Of a stretch of DNA of 42,115 bases, positions 39,728 through 42,115 are shown piece after piece. Location of the stretch: contig JAHEGP010000002.1 in assembly GCA_024645065.1 (NCBI GenBank), forward strand, positions 1-42,115, read 5' to 3'. The notes under the pieces are model-generated. The model was not told the DNA's origin. It saw only the letters and a program-made list of their open reading frames with translations, and ran no database searches. How positions within the stretch are numbered: the first letter of the stretch is position 1; the number at the start of each line of letters is the position of its first letter. Source of the DNA: Cellvibrionales bacterium. Its GTDB lineage: Bacteria; Pseudomonadota; Gammaproteobacteria; Pseudomonadales; JAHEGP01. The translations under genes were made by a program, and so were the position numbers.

Positions 39728-40711
39728 GTGGTAAAATGCGGAAGCTTCAGCGCAAATAAAAAGGGGCTCAGGATAAGAGCTCTGGCCTACTGCAGGGTCC
39801 TTGCCGCACTCTGCATCTGCTGCATTCCATCCCTGCACGCCGAAAGGCTTACCATTATCGTTAGCGGTGAAAGCGCCGGCCTGCACGCGGCAGCCCTGAC
39901 CATTGAACGCAAATTGCAAGCTGCAAGCACCATCGTCAAGCAGCTGGATGGCCCGGACATCGGTTTGCAAGAAGCGGCTCTGGCCGACTCCGACTTGCTT
40001 ATCAGCATTGGCAACGAAGCCGCAGCAATCGCGCTGCGCAGCCGCAATACCCAACCGCTACTGTGCGCATTCGTTAGCGAGTCAACATTCCGCCAGGAAT
40101 TGCTCAAGCAGTTCGACTCTATCTCTGCCGGCCTCCAGGCCGGCGTTTCTGCCCTCTATTTTGAGCAGCCGCCCGAGCGCATGTTCGAACTGGCCCGGCT
40201 CGTGGTTCCCGATGCGAAAATTGCAGGAATGGCGCTTGGCCCGGTGCTACAGCAACAACAAAAACGCCTTGCAAGACAGGCCCACAGTTCCGGCCTGGAA
40301 CTGCGCAGCATAGTGGTCGGGGCCGACTCCAACCTGGTCAAGGCCCTCGACCCGCTGGTCAGGCAGGCCGATCTGATGATGGCGATGCCGGACAAGGCGC
40401 AGTGGCACAGCCAAACTGCGAAATGGCTGTTATACCTGACCTATCGTCGGGCCAAGCCGGTGATTGCGTTCTCTGCACGCTACACCGAAGCTGGCGCCGT
40501 TGCATCGCTCTATACCCAAGCCGATGATATCACTGAACAGGCGGCGGCCGTGGCTACCAAATTGCTCGCCAAGCCAGGTCCGGGCGCTATCTATTGGCCC
40601 GAAAAGTTCCATGTCAGCACCAACCTCTCGGTAGCCAAAGCGCTGGGACTGCCGCTACTCGATGCCAGTGACTACGAGCGCTTGCTCAGCAGTGCCGGAG
40701 TCAAGCCATGA
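39728..40711 (+). CDS. Secreted periplasmic binding protein resembling the 'ABC transporter substrate-binding' PF04392 family, with no transporter partners
   Basis: The start is GTG preceded by GAAGGA. The signal peptide is LAYCRVLAALCICCIPSLHA. The blocks DLLISIGNEAAAIA...PLLCAFVSES and ADLMMAMPD...KPVIAFSARYTEAGAVASLY resemble PF04392 conserved blocks. The stop overlaps the kinase start (ATGA). Confidence 0.6.
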   Translation: MVKCGSFSANKKGLRIRALAYCRVLAALCICCIPSLHAERLTIIVSGESAGLHAAALTIERKLQAASTIVKQLDGPDIGLQEAALADSDLLISIGNEAAAIALRSRNTQPLLCAFVSESTFRQELLKQFDSISAGLQAGVSALYFEQPPERMFELARLVVPDAKIAGMALGPVLQQQQKRLARQAHSSGLELRSIVVGADSNLVKALDPLVRQADLMMAMPDKAQWHSQTAKWLLYLTYRRAKPVIAFSARYTEAGAVASLYTQADDITEQAAAVATKLLAKPGPGAIYWPEKFHVSTNLSVAKALGLPLLDASDYERLLSSAGVKP

Positions 40712-42115
40712 AGCTGCTCAACGCCAGACCACGGCATATTACCAGCCAGATCTTGCTGGCGGTGTTACTCCCTGTCATCATCGTTACCGCAGTCATCATC
40801 GCCTACTACTCGTGGGAACGCTATCTCGAAATCGAGCGCACCGAGCGGCAGTTTGGCGAGCTCAGCGCCGGCTATTTGGCCCAGGCGGCGGAACTGGCCA
40901 TTTATGCCGGCGACTCGGAGCAACTGCGGAAGCTGGCCCGCACTGCGCGACAACGCCCCTCCGTCGCCCGGGTCTGCTTTCTCGACAGCAGTGCCAAAAT
41001 CCTGGTCGAGGAGGGTCGGGCGTTGCAAGCAAACTGTGACGCCGATCTGGACAGCCAGCAACTCGTGATCAGTTCCTATTCTGACAGCACCCTGTTTTCG
41101 TGGCCGGTCAAGCGATCTCAACTTCAGGTAATCGACTTCGATGCGACCAGGCTCGAAGACCAGCCTGACGGATCGCCTATCGGCTGGGTCGTACTATCGC
41201 TGGATAACCAAAGCATACTGGACGCTTTTCGCCAGATGATAGCCAGCGCGGCCCTGCTGGGCCTGGCAGGCCTGCTTATCGGGGTGCTGTTTGCGCTGCG
41301 CGCCGGTACCACCATCGGCGGCCCGGTGCGCGCCCTGACACGCCATGTCAAACAACTGGATTCACAGGCGCCGAGCACGGTCTTCCCCCCCGCAGGTACC
41401 GAGGAAATCGTTACCCTGGCGAATGGCATCAACCAACTCGTAGAAAGCGTCAATAAACATATACACAATCAGAAACAGCGCATAGATGCCGCAACAGCCA
41501 GCCTGGTGCGGCGCAACCGGCAGTTGGAGGAGACCCGCCAGATACTGGAACAGGCGCTGCAAACCAAAAGTGATTTCCTCGCCCGAATGAGCCATGAGTT
41601 GCGCACACCACTGACCACGATTATCGGTTTTAACCGCCTGCTGCGGGAATCGAATAGCCCACGTCAGCGCCGGGAATACAGTCGACACATCGAACACGCG
41701 TCGATCCTGTTGCAGTCCATCATTGAGGACATCCTTGACTATTCGCGTCTGCAATCAGCTGCACTGGAGCTGGAGTCCCGCGCCTTCAACCTGCACGATT
41801 GCTTCGAGGATGTGGTGGGTTTACACGGCTACGAAGCCATTGAGAGGCGTATCGAATTAGTGCTCCTGATAGACCGGGATGTTCCCCGGCGAATCATTGG
41901 AGACGCCCTGCGCCTGAAACAGGTCATCAATAACCTGCTGGCCAACGCCATTAAATTTACCGATCGCGGTGAGGTGGTTGTGCACCTTGAGCTGGTGGAG
42001 TCCACGGAGCACGCCGTGGCGCTTCAATGCGAGGTCAGGGATACGGGCATCGGTATCAGCGCAGAGCACTTTAGCCATCTGTTCGAACCTTTTACCCAGG
42101 CTGACAACTCGATAT
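40708..42115 (+). CDS. Membrane sensor histidine kinase (periplasmic domain, HAMP, HisKA, HATPase), 3' end beyond the window; possibly a hybrid kinase
   Basis: My own translation from ATG 40708 is MKLLNARPRHITSQILLAVLLPVIIVTAVIIAYY... A second TM follows (IASAALLGLAGLLIGVLFAL), then a HAMP domain. The H-box is FLARMSHELRTPLTTIIGF, the N-box LLANAIKFT and the G1 box DTGIGI. The frame is open to the last base. Confidence 0.88.
   Translation, partial: MKLLNARPRHITSQILLAVLLPVIIVTAVIIAYYSWERYLEIERTERQFGELSAGYLAQAAELAIYAGDSEQLRKLARTARQRPSVARVCFLDSSAKILVEEGRALQANCDADLDSQQLVISSYSDSTLFSWPVKRSQLQVIDFDATRLEDQPDGSPIGWVVLSLDNQSILDAFRQMIASAALLGLAGLLIGVLFALRAGTTIGGPVRALTRHVKQLDSQAPSTVFPPAGTEEIVTLANGINQLVESVNKHIHNQKQRIDAATASLVRRNRQLEETRQILEQALQTKSDFLARMSHELRTPLTTIIGFNRLLRESNSPRQRREYSRHIEHASILLQSIIEDILDYSRLQSAALELESRAFNLHDCFEDVVGLHGYEAIERRIELVLLIDRDVPRRIIGDALRLKQVINNLLANAIKFTDRGEVVVHLELVESTEHAVALQCEVRDTGIGISAEHFSHLFEPFTQADNSI

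Overview
This 42.1-kb window reads as core chromosome of a moderately GC-rich gammaproteobacterium, not an accessory island. The left third has Pseudomonas-like synteny: dksA(partial)-gluQ-cbrA-cbrB-[non-coding gap]-pcnB-folK-panB-panC. On the minus strand comes the complete metY(tRNA-fMet)-rimP-nusA-infB-rbfA-truB-rpsO-pnp block. Then follow arfB, a DUF3820 gene, rapA, a cspA-family gene, recQ, a MATE exporter, DUF3301, a SIMPL protein, an Lrp/AsnC regulator divergent from leuA, trxC, a small membrane protein, a yjgR-like ATPase, a Prx5-type peroxiredoxin, a ChrR-type cupin and an SDR. The window ends with a four-gene sensory operon: LuxR-type response regulator, TonB-dependent receptor, periplasmic PF04392-like binding protein, and a histidine kinase cut by the window end. 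I found no transposase, integrase, prophage, CRISPR array, toxin-antitoxin pair or recognisable defence genes, and no compositional island. So I cannot support a claim of a large new system here. The best candidates for a second look are: (1) a compact CrcZ-like A-rich sRNA between cbrB and pcnB with a readable CbrB-palindrome / IHF / sigma54 control region; (2) a small membrane ORF overlapping the cbrA start (cbrX-like); (3) the TonB-receptor / orphan binding protein / kinase / LuxR operon; (4) a 17-bp x4 tandem repeat carrying one GATC per unit; (5) an initiator tRNA that reads U1-U72 instead of C1-A72. All protein calls come from reading the supplied translations against remembered family motifs. 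No database search was run.
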